Shown piece after piece: positions 13,807 through 25,777 of a DNA stretch of 64,000 nucleotides. The stretch's first letter is position 1, and each line of letters begins with the position of its first letter. The notes below the pieces were generated by a model. The model saw only the letters and a program-made list of their open reading frames with translations, was not told where the DNA came from and did not search any database. Source of the DNA: Heterodontus francisci. Its lineage: Eukaryota. The stretch covers positions 3,596,001 through 3,660,000 of the forward strand of contig NC_090404.1 in the NCBI RefSeq assembly GCF_036365525.1, written 5' to 3'. The translations under genes and the position numbers were made by a program.

Positions 13807-14255
13807 GTAAGCGGTAAGATTGAAGTAATAAGTAAGAGGCTGTGCCTATTTCTGGTGTCTGTGCAAGGCCCAATTCGTCCTATTGAGTAGTCTAATGGAC
13901 AACTCTGATAATGTAATTGTACTTACACTCAGGAACCCCTCTGGAAGTCTCGGTGATACGTTTAAGGGGAAGCTAGGCAAGTGGATGAGGGAGAAAGGTA
14001 ATACAAGGAGAGGAAGTAAGGTTTACGGAGGTTCGTGTGCAACAAAAACACCAGCACAGAGAAAATGGCCCGGATGGCCTGTTCTTGTGCGGTAAATTGT
14101 ACGCAATGTCTTTTTACGTTCTCAGCGAGATGGATTGCATCCATCTCTGCTCCAGGCTGGAAGACAGAACAGGCTCCAAAGGGGAACATTCACATCTAAC
14201 CACCGGAATTCTGGAATTCTCCAGTTTTTTTACACTTATTTTAATTTTTCTGCAG

Positions 14256-14647
14256 TTGAGAATCTGCGGGAACCGTCCGTGTCTGTCCTCCTGCCCCCGG
14301 CAGAAGAAGTCTCCGCTCAGAGGTTCCTCTCCCTCACCTGCTTAGTGAGAGGTTTCTCCCCCCGAGAGATCTTCGTCAAGTGGACCGTCAATGACAAGTC
14401 GGTGAATCCCGGCAACTACAAGAACACCGAGGTGATGGCAGAGAACGACAATAGCTCCTTCTTCATCTACAGCCTGTTATCCATTGCAGCAGAGGAGTGG
14501 GCCAGCGGCGCTTCTTACTCCTGTGTGGTGGGACATGAAGCGATCCCCTTGAAGATCATCAACAGAACGGTTAATAAATCCAGCGGTAAACCGAGTTTTG
14601 TGAACATTTCCCTTGCACTGTTGGACACCGTTAATTCATGTCAATGA
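14256..14647 (+). CDS. IGHM: IgM heavy chain exon CH4 plus secretory tailpiece
   Basis: Acceptor tttctgcag|. Encodes [43 protein letters not shown]...[24 protein letters not shown] followed by the tailpiece [20 protein letters not shown] (N-glycosylation site, penultimate Cys). Internal donor G|GTAAAC after 14585 serves the membrane form. Confidence 0.97.
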
Positions 14648-14675
14648 GAATCTCTCGATTGCATTTCAATTCTTA

Positions 14676-14681
14676 AATAAA
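14676..14681 (+). promoter_or_regulatory. PolyA signal, secreted IgM mRNA
   Basis: AATAAA about 30 nt after the tailpiece stop codon. Confidence 0.85.
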
Positions 14682-15169
14682 AAGAAAATACAGACCTTTT
14701 CTTCCAATCGCGATTTAAATACACAAAAGCTCAATTAATTTTGCTTCCCACATTTGATAAGGGCAGGTCTATTCAGCTAAGGTAAGACATTTGCAGGTCT
14801 CACGCCTCAGTCTGCGCTCCCAGCTCAAATGCACCATAGGTTAGCGACAGAGTGAAGCTAATTCATTACTGGATTCCACAAATTAACCTTCCTCCTGCTG
14901 GAGGGAAATCTGAAAATTTCCCATTTCTAACCAACAAACGCAGTGCATTTAGATCTCTGTGTCCCTCCTTGTCGTGTTGTCCATCCGTTCAGATTTGGGC
15001 TCAGCTTTAAGTTGCAGCATCGCAACCACAAGTCGCAATGTTGCATTCATTGATGTCATATTGCATATCGCACAGAATTTCGTTATACACAGAACGCTGA
15101 ACAATATTCTCCATAATGCACATTGTCAGGGCCAGACCAAGTTCTCTGTGAAACACTAAACAATAATAA

Positions 15170-15880
15170 AAATGCACAGGCGCACGGACACAAACAGACA
15201 TAAACACACTTACATGCACAGCGACGCACATATAACTACACAGGAACAGACCCAAATGCTGATATCAAGATTCCCACAGGCACACACGCAATCATTAACA
15301 TAAATACACACATTGGTACAGTTTCACGAACAGAGAAACAGAGACAAATAGCCTACACTATCATACACGTTAACACACGCACATTTGAACACCATGGGGA
15401 TACAAGCACACAAAAACAGACATATTAACACTCATATACACACACATGTACACATAAATACGCACCAAAACATAGGGAAACATAAACACATCCATCAACA
15501 CATAAACACACGGATTAACTCGCATAGGGGCACAAACACATACATACACAACCATTATTATGCTCATACACACACATGAACAGATAAAAACAACATACAA
15601 ACACACACAGGCGGCCACTTGAATGCACAAATCAATGCACATTGGGACATTAATACACATTAACATACAGGGGCACATACACAACGCCATTAACATATAA
15701 ACATGCGCATTGACACACGCACATTTGGGCACACAAGCAAACACATTAGCACGCACATTAACACAGACACGCTGACATGGATACACAAACACAGAGCAAT
15801 GCAAAGCAAAGGATACTCAAACACACGTGCACACACACTAAAGCACACAAACAAAAACACCGTCTACAGACGAAAGTAGA
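15170..15880. repeat. Degenerate CA-rich low-complexity tract
   Basis: Imperfect (CA)n/(CATA)n run; produces spurious CV/HT-rich ORFs. Confidence 0.85.
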
Positions 15881-16039
15881 ATTCAAATGTACAATTTGTA
15901 CAGACACAGTCTCCAAGATTTTCCCGAACACATGTTGGATTCTCAAACACAATTAAGCAATGTTCTCACTTAGAAGCTGAGATAGGTTAATGATTTGCCA
16001 ACCATTTTCTTTATAAATAAACAAACACGATTGAGACTC

Positions 16040-17900
16040 ATAAGAACATAAGAAATAGCAGTGGGAGTGAACATTCAGCCATTCAGTGAGATCATGGCTG
16101 ATCGTCTACTGCAACATCATTTTCCTGCACTATCCACTTCACCCTTGATGTTTTTAATATGTAGAAATCTATCGATCTCAGTCTTGAACATACTCAACGA
16201 ATGAGTCCCACAGCCCTCTGGGGCAGAGAATTCCAAGGATTAACTACCCTATGAGTGAAGACATTCCTCCTCATCTCAGTCCTAAATGGCCTTCCCTTAT
16301 TCTGCGACTGTGTCCCCTGCTTCTATGCTCCCCATTCAGGGGAAATATCTTTTATGCATCTGCCCAGTCGAGACCTGCAAGAATTTTGTATGTTTGAGTG
16401 AGATCACCTCTCATTATTCTAAACTCCAGAGAATAACGGCCCAGTCTATTTAATGTTTCCACATTGTGCAATCCCTGCATCCCAGGAATTAGTTTGGTAA
16501 ACCTTCGTTGCACTTCCTCTATGGCAAGTATATTTTTCCTTAGTTAAGAAGACCAAAACTGCACACAATCCTCCAGGTGCGGTCTCACCAAGGCTATGTA
16601 TAATTGCAGTAAGACATCTTTTACTCCTGTACTCAATAAAGGTCAACATACCATTTGCCTTCTTCATTGCTTGCTGTACTTGTATGTTAACTTTCAGTAA
16701 CTCGTGAACAAGGGTACCAAGTCTCTTTGAAGTTTAACACTTCCCAGCCTCTCACATTTCTCCATATTGTATTCCATCTGCCAATTTCTTCTCCACTCGC
16801 TTGGCCTCTCCAAATCCCCATGAAGCGTTTTTGCATCCTCCTCACAACTCACACTTCCACCTAGCTTTGTATCATCTGTAAATTTGGAAATGTTACATTT
16901 AATCCCCACATCCAAATCATTGATATAGATTGTGAATGGCTGGGGCTCAAGCACTGATTCTTGTGGTATCCCACTAGTCACAGCTTGCAAACCCGAAAAT
17001 GACCTATTTATTCCTCTTCTATGCTTTCTGTCCGTTACCCAATTCTCTTCAATGAAAGTATCTTCGCCCAATCCCATCTGCTCTAATTTTGCTTAGTAAC
17101 TTCCTTTGTGGGATCTTATTAAAAGATGTATGAAAATCTAAATGTACCACATCCACCTGTTCATCCCTTATCTATTCTTTTAGTTACATCCTCAAAAAAA
17201 CTCCAATAGATTTGATAAACTTGATTTCCCTTTCATAAATCCATGTTGACGAAGACCAATCCTTCCATTATTTTCTAAGTGTCCTGTTATCACATCCTTT
17301 ATTGTAGATTATAGCAATTTTCCTACGACTGATGTCAAACTAGCAAGTTTGTAGTTCCCTGTTCTCTTCGTCCCTCCTTTCTTAAATAGTGACGTTACAA
17401 TTGCCACCTTCCAGTCTGCAGGAACCATTCCAGAGTCTATAGAATTTTGAAAGATGACCACCAATGCATTTATTAGCTCCAGAGCCACCTCTTCCAGCAC
17501 TCTGGTATGTAGATCATCAAGTCCAAGTGATTTATCTACTTTACGTCACATTACTTTCTATAGTATTTTTAAACTGCTAATAATATCTTGCAGTTTCTTA
17601 TTTACACTGGTGCCTTGATTCGCCATTATTTCTGGGAGGTTTTGTTTTATCATTTCCTCTGTGAAGACCGACACAGTGTATTTGTTTAGTTTCTTTGCCA
17701 TTTCTTATTCACCATTATAAATTCTCCTGACTCTGCTCGTAACGGACCCACATTTGATTTTGCTAATACATTATTACATACAGACCGAAACTTTTATAGT
17801 CCGTCTTCCTGCTTCTTGCTAGTTTACTCTTAGAATGTATTCTGCCTTTCTTGATCCTTTTCTTGGTCTTCCTTTGCAGAATTCTAAAATATTCCCAATC
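16040..17900 (-). mobile_element. Degenerate CR1 LINE in the CH4-TM intron
   Basis: ORF remnants 16694-17077 (GIPQESVLEP, KFTDDTKLGG) and 17309-17500 (PADWKVA, GNYK); tail cataagaacataagaa at ~16039. Confidence 0.88.
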
Positions 17901-18270
17901 CTCAGGCTTTCCTTTTTATTGATCTCTTACCCAGCACCATTGGTAATCCCCAAATCAGTTGCTATCTGAACCTATCTTCAAAATAATTGCTATCGATCGG
18001 GAAACCTCCGACGATAACTGACCATAAGATTCTCTAATGATAGAACGAAATCGATCCAAAATAAAATAGCGGCTGGCAATGAAGAAGGACGAACGGCTGT
18101 CAAATTAGTAACTGAGATAGATTCCTGCGTGTGATTCAATTAACAATAAATGTGCATTGAAAAATAAATTGGAGAACAAAATACTAGCTTAAGTAAGAGA
18201 AATGCGAACGCAAATTATATCCTAGATTAATAAACGATATAAATACATTTCCTCCTTTACAACCCCGTAG

Positions 18271-18398
18271 ATTCCCCAGACCACATCTGGATTGAAGGCA
18301 ATGAGGAAGAGAGCGGCAACATCTGGACAACCGCTTCCACATTCATCATCCTGTTCTTCCTAAGCATCTTCTACAACGCTGCCGTCACTCTGGTGAAG
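18271..18398 (+). CDS. IGHM: IgM transmembrane exon TM1
   Basis: Acceptor ccccgtag|, donor |gtggga, in frame with the CH4 internal donor. Encodes DSPDHIWIEGNEEESGNIWTTASTFIILFFLSIFYNAAVTLVK (acidic spacer plus CART-type TM). Not in the ORF track. Confidence 0.95.
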
Positions 18399-18535
18399 GT
18401 GGGAATATTTAATCAACTCAGACTTCAATTTGACTGAAGCTGTTTAACAATTGTCTAAAAGTTTCATAGACTTAAAAAAAACTGAATGCCCCAGACCAGA
18501 AAAGCTCTTCTTCATTATTTCCCGCTCTTTTACAG

Positions 18536-18544
18536 GTCAAATGA
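18536..18544 (+). CDS. IGHM: IgM TM2 exon, coding part VK-stop (KVK cytoplasmic tail)
   Basis: ctcttttacag|GTC AAA TGA. Confidence 0.92.
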   Translation, partial: VK

Positions 18545-18971
18545 TCGGTTGACTTTCGGCCGCCCAAGATTTTCTTCATTTGTAACATCTCTGTATTACG
18601 GAGAAAAAACCGCTGAAAGTTAAATGTCTTCACTTTATGGTTCCGAATCAGTAGCTGAGAAAATCATAAACAGTATTTTAGTTTTTCTCGTTGAACTGTG
18701 TAAGATCACCGTGGCTATAATGTAAATGAAGCTTCGTGTTTCACCCTTGTTTGAATATCGTGTGTAAATCTGTAACTATTCTTTCGTCACAATTTTTTTC
18801 TGTTGCTTTATGTTGAGCCCCTGTTTTCTGTCTCTGGTCTGTTACAGTTTTACGGATAACTGGCAGCTCAGACCACATGTGTTCTGTTCTCAATGTGACA
18901 CAGGGCTGTTGTATTCATTTTTTACCTTTTTTATAAAAACATCTTCTATGTAAATTCTTCTTGGAATTGTG

Positions 18972-18977
18972 AATAAA
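18972..18977 (+). promoter_or_regulatory. PolyA signal, membrane IgM mRNA
   Basis: AATAAA about 430 nt after the TM2 stop; also retained in the paralogous relic at 55386-55391. Confidence 0.75.
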
Positions 18978-19312
18978 TCTTGAATAACAATTGTGCTAAC
19001 TTTGACTATGCCGAATTCCTTGCCCCAAGACCCTTCCACACTGCTCCATTTTCTCTATTACATGCTTCCACGCTTTCCTGACAGCTATTTTGCGCCAGTC
19101 CTGTATGGGTTGCGTTTAATCCCATCTGAGTAAAGACACCATTCCCCCTGCCTGATTATGTCACTCTCCATCGGCACAATGACTGCACAGCGACCAGCAA
19201 CACATTACTGACTTCTCTCATCTTATGGTTTGTCACAGTCACATGGCAGGTTATATTCAAGAGCAGCATTCTGCTCCATCAGAGCCTCATAGAAAATAGT
19301 ACATGGAAGATT

Positions 19313-19636
19313 ACTGTCCCATCAAACGTTTCCAGGGCAGGCACGATGCAGGTTATATGTGCTGTAAAGCTCCCTCTACACTATCCCACCAAACACTCCC
19401 TGGATATGTAGTGCATGGATTAGATAAAGAGTATATTTACCTCTCCACTGTCCCTTCAAATACACCTCGGGCAGGGACAGAATGAGTTATGTACAGAGAA
19501 AAATTTGCCTCTACACTGTCCCATCAAAGACTTGAAGGGCAGGCATGGCCTAGGCTAGATATAGGCCTGAGGAATAAAGGCCCCAAAAAAAGAAAAAAAA
19601 AATAGGCTAGATATAGAGCAAAGCTCCCACGACAGT
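19313..19636. repeat. Degenerate ~60-65 bp tandem repeat
   Basis: Recurring ctccctctacactgtcccatcaaac..agggcagg..ttagata.agag units, about 5 copies. Confidence 0.65.
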
Positions 19637-19998
19637 TACTTTGGCCACGCCCCCTGCATTCGCCACCAAGATCCAGAAGAAGCTCGTCGATTTCTTCTGG
19701 GGCAAGAGGAAACACTGGATTTCTGCCTCTGTCCTGAGTCTCCTGATCGAGGAGGGCGGCAAGTCGCTGGTGTGCATCCGCACCCAGGCTGCGAATCTCC
19801 ATCTTCAGATTCTGCAGAGATACCTGTATGTTGAGCATCCTCCCAGATGGTGCGCGCTGGCAACATATTTTTGTCCGCCAGGGGCACTGCCTTAATGACG
19901 ACACGCAGCTCCTGGTGGAGAATGTTAGCTGCGCTTCTTTGAAGGAGTTGCCTGTCGTTTACCAGGATCTATTCAGAGTCTGGAACATGGTCGCATGA
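19637..19998 (+). mobile_element. Tx1/L1-clade non-LTR retrotransposon ORF2 fragment
   Basis: KIQKKLVDFFWGKRKHWISASVLSLLIEEGGKSLVCI matches the post-RT region of Tx1-like ORF2. Confidence 0.75.
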
Positions 19999-21730
19999 GT
20001 GTGGAGCCAGAGGACATGGGTGAGGTTTTAAATGATTACTTTGCATCTGTGTTCAGTATGGAGAAGGACGACGTAGGAGGAGAGATCAGGAGGGGGATTG
20101 TGATATACTTGAACACATTAGCATTGAAAAGGAGTAAGTATTTGCTGTTGTAGTGGGCTTAGAAATGGCCCAGATGAGATGTATCCCAGGCTGCTATGTG
20201 AGGAAAAGGAGGAGAGAGCAGGGGCTCTGAGACAAATTTTCAAAGCCTCGCTGGCAACAGGAGAGGTGCCAGAGGACTGGAGGACACTGAATGTGGTGCT
20301 ACTATTCAAGAAGGGTAGCAGAGATAAACCAGGTAATGACAGGCCGGTGAGTCTACATCAGTGGCTGGGAAAATAGTGGAAAACATTCTGACGGACAGGA
20401 TTGGTCTCCACTTGAAGAGGCAGGGATTAATCAGGGATGGTCAGCAGAGCTTCGTCGGGGGAGATCGTGTCTAACTAAATTAATTGAATTTTTTGAGGAG
20501 GTGACTAGATGTGCAGATGAGGGTAAATCAGTTGATGTAGTGTACATGGACTTCAGTGAGACTTTTGATAAAGTCCCGCATGGGGGATTGGTTAAGAAGG
20601 TAAGAGCCCATGGGATCCAGGGCAATTTGGCAAATTGGATCCAAAATTGGCTTAGTGGCAGGAGGCAGAGGGTGATGGTCGAGGGTTGTTTTTATGAGTG
20701 GAAGCCTGTGACCAGTGGTGTACCGCAGGCATCGGTGCTGGGACCCTTGCTGTTTGTAGTGTACATTAATGAATTAGACGTGAATATCGGAAGTATGATA
20801 AGTAAGTTCGCAGATCTCACGAAAACTGGTGGTGTCGCAAATAGTGAGGAAGAAAGCCTTAGATTCCAGGACGATATAAATGGGCTGGTAAGATGGGCAG
20901 AGCAGCGGGAAATGGAATTTAATCCTGAGAAGTGTGCGATGATGCATTTTGGGAGGACTGACAAGGCTAGGGAATATACAATGGATGGTAGGACCCGAGG
21001 AAGTACAGAGTGTCAGAGGGACCTTGGGGTGCTTGTCCACAGATCACTGAAGGCAGCAACACAGATAGATAAGGTGGTCAGGATGGCATATGGGATACTT
21101 GCCTTTATCAGCCAAGACATAAAATATAAGAGCAGGGAGGTTATGATGGAGCTGTATGAAACGCTAGTTAGGCCACAGCTGGAGTACTGTCTACAGTTCT
21201 GGGCACCACACTATCGAAAAGATGTGATTGTACTGGAGAGGGTGCAAAGGAGTTCACCAGGATTCTGCCTGGGCTGGAGCTTTTTCAGCTATGAACAGAG
21301 ACTGAAAAGGTGAGGGTTGTTTTCCTTGGAGGAAACAAGGCTGAGAGGGGACATGATTGAGGAAGACAAAACTATGAAGGGCATTGATAGTTTAGAAAGG
21401 AAGACACTTTTTCCCTTTATGGAGGGGTCAATAACAAGTGGGCATAGATTTAAGGTAAGGGGCAGGAGATTCAGAGGTGATTTGAGGAAAGATTTTTTCA
21501 CCCAGAGGGTGGTGGGAATCTGGAAAGCACTGCCTGAAGAGATGGTAGAGGCAGGAACCCTCACAACATTTAAGAAGTATTTCGATGAGCACTTGAAACG
21601 CCATAGCACACAAGGCTACGAGTCAAGTGCTGGAAAATGGGATTAGAATAGTTAGGTGCTTGATGGCCGGCGCGGACAGGGTGGGCCGAAAGGCCTGTTT
21701 CTGTGCTGTATAACTCTGTGACTGTATGAC
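19999..21730 (+). mobile_element. CR1 LINE, 5'-truncated
   Basis: ORFs 20179-20376, 20501-21313 and 21317-21646; tail aactctgtgactgtatgac. Same subfamily as 11340-13024. Confidence 0.93.
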
Positions 21731-22445
21731 GCACACTTACCCCATTCCTGATCGTTAAACAGGTCATCTTGGTAGTTTCACAATCAGTGAAGTCAGAATT
21801 CCACTTTACTATCCCTGCAACAATGTAAAACACGTACTTTGGAGGCTTCCGGGATGCTGACTGTACTAGAACACATAAGGACTCCTGTTGCTTATTTTTA
21901 AGGTACAGGATAATGTGGCATTACTTTCCTCTTCATCTGCCATTTCAGGAAGCGGCTGCTCCACTGAGTCTTGGTGGCTCCATTCTAGCAGAAAATAATA
22001 GTAATCATCAACATCATCATCATCACGTAATCTCAACCAACCTAATTAGCATAATTTCACCAATAATAATATCCGGGTTGCAGCAATCAGGGGGATAATG
22101 GATTTTTTTTTTACTAGGAAGGAAATACTTTCTCAGAAGTGACATAATGATGAGGAGCGGTGTGAGGCGGTTGCACATGATGCTCAGTGAGTTTGTAATT
22201 TTTAAGTACTGGAAATCCTTTGTCGGAACAGAAATACAGGTACCCCCCTCATTCTGCACTGCTGATCCGACTAGTGCCAAACAGGGAACAGCAGCAGCGA
22301 TTTTCCCAGTAACACAATGAGGGGAAGGCGGGTCAGAGCGAGAACAGTAATTGGAAGTTGTGGGTGGTACGGCCTCAGGCAATGATACCGCTAAGTTTGT
22401 CTCTATAATTTCCAGTCGACATGCAGCGAGAAACGTGTGACAATG

Positions 22446-22459
22446 GCGCCCTCTGGCGG
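22446..22459 (-). promoter_or_regulatory. Candidate CTCF binding site
   Basis: Minus strand reads CCGCCAGAGGGCGC, a close match to the CTCF core, in unique DNA 3' of IgM. Confidence 0.7.
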
Positions 22460-22488
22460 TGAGTCTGAGCACTTTACACTGTCAGGAT

Positions 22489-24123
22489 CTTCTTCTTTGG
22501 CCTCCTTATCTCGAGAGACAATGGGTAAGCGCCTGGAGGTGGTCAGTGGTGTGTGGAGCAGCGCCTGGAGTGGCTATAAAGGTCAATTCTAGAGTGGCAT
22601 GCTCTTCCACAGGTGCTGCAGACAAATATGTTTGGCGGGGCTGTTACACAGTTGGCTCTCCCCTTGCGCTTTTGTCTTTTTTCCTGCCAACTGCTAAGTC
22701 TCTTCGACTCGCCACACTTTAGCCCCGCCTTTATGGCTGCCCGCCAGCTCTGGCGATCACTGGCAACTGACTCACACGACTTGTGATTAATGTCACAGGA
22801 CTTCATGTCGCATTTGTCTTTAAAGCGGAGACATGGACAGCCAGTGGGTCTGAAACCAATGGCGAGCTCACTGTACAATGTGTCTTTGGGGATCCTGCCA
22901 TCTTCCATGTGGCTCACATGGCCAAGCCATCTCAAGCGCCGCTGACTCAATAGTGTGTATAAGCTGGGGATGTTGGTCGCCTCGAGGACTTCTGTGTTGA
23001 AGATACGGTCTTGCCACCTGATGCCAAGTATTCTCCGAGGGCAGCGAAGATGGAATGAATTGAGACATCGCTCTTGGATGACATACGTTGTCCAGGCCTC
23101 GCTGCCATAGAGCAAGGTACTGAGGACACAGGCTTGATACACTCGGAATTTTGTGTTCCTTGTCAGTGCGACATTTTCCCACACTCTCTTGGCCAGTCTG
23201 GACATAGCAGTGGAAGCCTTTCCCATGCGCTTGTTGATTTCTGCATCTAGAGACAGGTTACTGGTGATAGTTGAGCCGAGGTAGATGAACTCTTGAACCA
23301 CTCCCAGAGCGTGGTCGCCAATATTGATGGATGGAGCATTTCTGACGTCCTGCCCCACAATGTTCGTTTTCTTGAGGCTGATGGTTAGGCAAATTCATTG
23401 CAGGCAGCCACAAACCTGTAGATGAGACTCTGCAGGCACTCTTCAGTGTGGGATGTTAAAGCAGCATCATCAGCAAAGAGGAGTTCCCTGATGAGAACTT
23501 TCCGTACTTTGGTCTTCGCTCTTAGACGGGCAAGGTTAAACAACCTGCCTCCTGATCTTGTGTGGAGGAAAATTCCTTCTTCAGAAGACTTGAATGCATG
23601 TGAGAGCAGCAGGGAGAAGAAAATCCCAAAAAGTGTGGGTGCGAGAACACAGCCCTGTTTCACGCCACTCAGGATAGGAAAGGGGTCTGATGAGGTGCTG
23701 CCATGTTGAATTGTGCCTTTCATATTGTCATGGAATGAGGTGATGATACTTAGTAGCTTTGGTGGACATCCAATCTTTTCTAGTCGTCTGAAGAGACCAC
23801 GTCTGCTGACGAGGTCAAAGGCTTTGGTGAGATCAATGAAAGCAATGTGGAGGGGCATCTGTTGTTCGCGGCATTTCTCCTGTACCTGACGAAGGGAGAA
23901 CAGCATGTCAACGGTCGATCTCTCTGCAGGAAAGCCGCATTGTGCCTCAGGGTAGAGTCGCTCGGCCAGCTTCTGGAGCCTGTTTAGAGCGACTCGAGCA
24001 AAGACCTTCCCTACTATGCTGAGCAGGGAGATTCCACAGTAGTTGTTGCAGTCACCACGGTCACCTTTGTTTTATAGAGGGTGATGATATTGGCATCGCG
24101 CATGTCCTGAGGTACTGCTCCCT
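22489..24123 (-). mobile_element. RTE-clade LINE, 5'-truncated, with 19-bp target-site duplication
   Basis: ORFs 23385-23906 (FIDLTKAFD, GVKQGCVLAP, LFADD) and 22543-23358 (YLGS, LLYGSEAW, RLRWLGH, C-terminal CxxC..H). (AAG)n tail. TSD cactttacactgtcaggat at 22470-22488 and 24124-24142. Confidence 0.93.
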
Positions 24124-24612
24124 CACTTTACACTGTCAGGATAATGGGCAAAGTTAAGTGAGTTTAACTATTTGGCAGTTTTCAGCTTTCTTCTATCGGG
24201 AAACGAATTTCAAACATTACGACTGTGTAAATAAGAGTGAAGGAAAACATGAGTGAGATTAAAGGAAAGTTCATTTTACTTTATTTCTGTGACATTCTCC
24301 TCCCTTTAACATTTTAACTTTGTGTTTCTCGCTCATTATTTCTCACTTTCTTTCATTTGTCTTTCATTATTTTCCTATTTTCCTGTCGTCTACATAAATT
24401 AGGAAAGAGTTTTCCCTTTCTGGCTCTCATTCTTATTTTCGTGCTTTCTCTGTCTGTGTTTCAAATTCTCTTTGTTCCTCAATTTTTGAACACTTATTCT
24501 CTATTTACTTGTTGATCTCATTCTCCATCACCCGGCACCCCAATTATATTTACCAGGTCACTCGCAATGTTGTTACGACAAATACAGTAGAGTGGCTCTT
24601 TCCCTCGGTGCA

Positions 24613-24651
24613 GGTTACTGTATGGACTCGCTATCTGTTTGTGACACTGTG
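24613..24651 (-). other. 23-spacer RSS of the TCR V pseudogene
   Basis: Minus strand CACAGTG (24651-24645), 23-nt spacer, ACAGTAACC (24621-24613). Confidence 0.9.
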
Positions 24652-24974
24652 GTTCTTACTGCAGAGATAAGTGACTGTGTCTGTCACTTCCGCTTCTCTC
24701 ACAGTCAGGGTACTGAGCTGATTACCTCCGCCGATTGAAACACTGATCCTCCCGTTTTGATCAGTCCCGCGTGTGGCCATCACCAAATGCTGGAGGGGCT
24801 GATTGGGGCCCTCTCGGTACCAGCGCAAGATGTTAAATGCAGCGATAGCATGGATACCGTTCCCACTTCATTAACAACTACCAGCCGAAGGAGCTGCACC
24901 ACCCCATCTTCACCGGTCACATAAGTGCAGATCAGAGTGTAAAACAGCAAGACAACTCTGTAGATCGAGAGCAT
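24652..24974 (-). pseudogene. TCR alpha/delta-type V pseudogene with leader contiguous with V (no intron)
   Basis: MLSIYRVVLLFYTLICTYVTG-EDGVVQ..VNEVGTVSML, then a frameshift with the first Cys missing, then AFNILRWYREGPNQPLQHL...GRISVSI..STLTVREAEVTDTVTYLCSKN, directly followed by a 23-RSS. Confidence 0.85.
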
Positions 24975-25319
24975 TATCTGATCTGATGAAACAGAGTCTG
25001 AAGATATTGTACACAGCAGTCAGATAAGAACAAGGACACGAATATTACGTGCGGGAGAATTAACACGAAGCTAAACTCCCGCTTCAGTTCCAACTCAGGG
25101 GCTTCTTCTTGTCAAAGAAAGGAAACAAGCTGAATGTCGAAGTTTACGCACCCAGGAGTACCCACTCTATGTTTCTCACTGACACCACCTCACCCTGTCT
25201 CTGACCTCACACCGCACCTCCCACCCTCAATGTTTCTCACCTACACCAGCTCGCACACCCTCCCAGTTCGCAGCAGCCGCCCACGCTGCTTTTTTTGTGG
25301 TTAACGCTGTCCTCTTATT

Positions 25320-25775
25320 GAGGGAACCGCCAAATCCGCCTTTGCACCGCTTCACAAGGTCATTCGGAATGAGGGTAACCATTCGGCCCGTGTTTTCTCA
25401 TCCATTTTGAAAGATCCTAACACACTCCTACACTATGGCCTCAAATCTGTTCGTACAACAATTTGCTGTTTCGTTCCTCCACAAAATTTGTGACAGCCAT
25501 TCGCTGGGTCATTCCTCAGGGCAATGCCTTGACCAATCAGAGTCAAGCTGCCTGGTCTAAATTTCAAACGAAGCTTGGCAATTATCTGTCAGTCACCATA
25601 AACTGGTGCATTCTCCATGGCAACACCTCTACCGATCAGAGTTCACTTGCCGACCAATCGGCACTTTCTTTTAATGCAGTATAAGTTGTTGTTTTCCCTT
25701 ACATTGGGTTATTCTCGCAATGGTCCTGATGAATGCAGGACGAAAAGCTTTGACAACATGTCTCTATTTGCAGCC
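25320..25775 (+). mobile_element. Putative Penelope-like element 3'/LTR fragment with minimal hammerhead motif
   Basis: gtc-CTGATGA-atgcaggac-GAAA-agct-tt-gac at ~25723-25754, with repeated ccaatc boxes upstream. Family assignment is inferred. Confidence 0.45.
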
Positions 25776-25777
25776 GC

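Noticed and set aside
15370-15952. Cys/Val-rich ORFs
   Set aside because: They are translations of CA-rich simple sequence.
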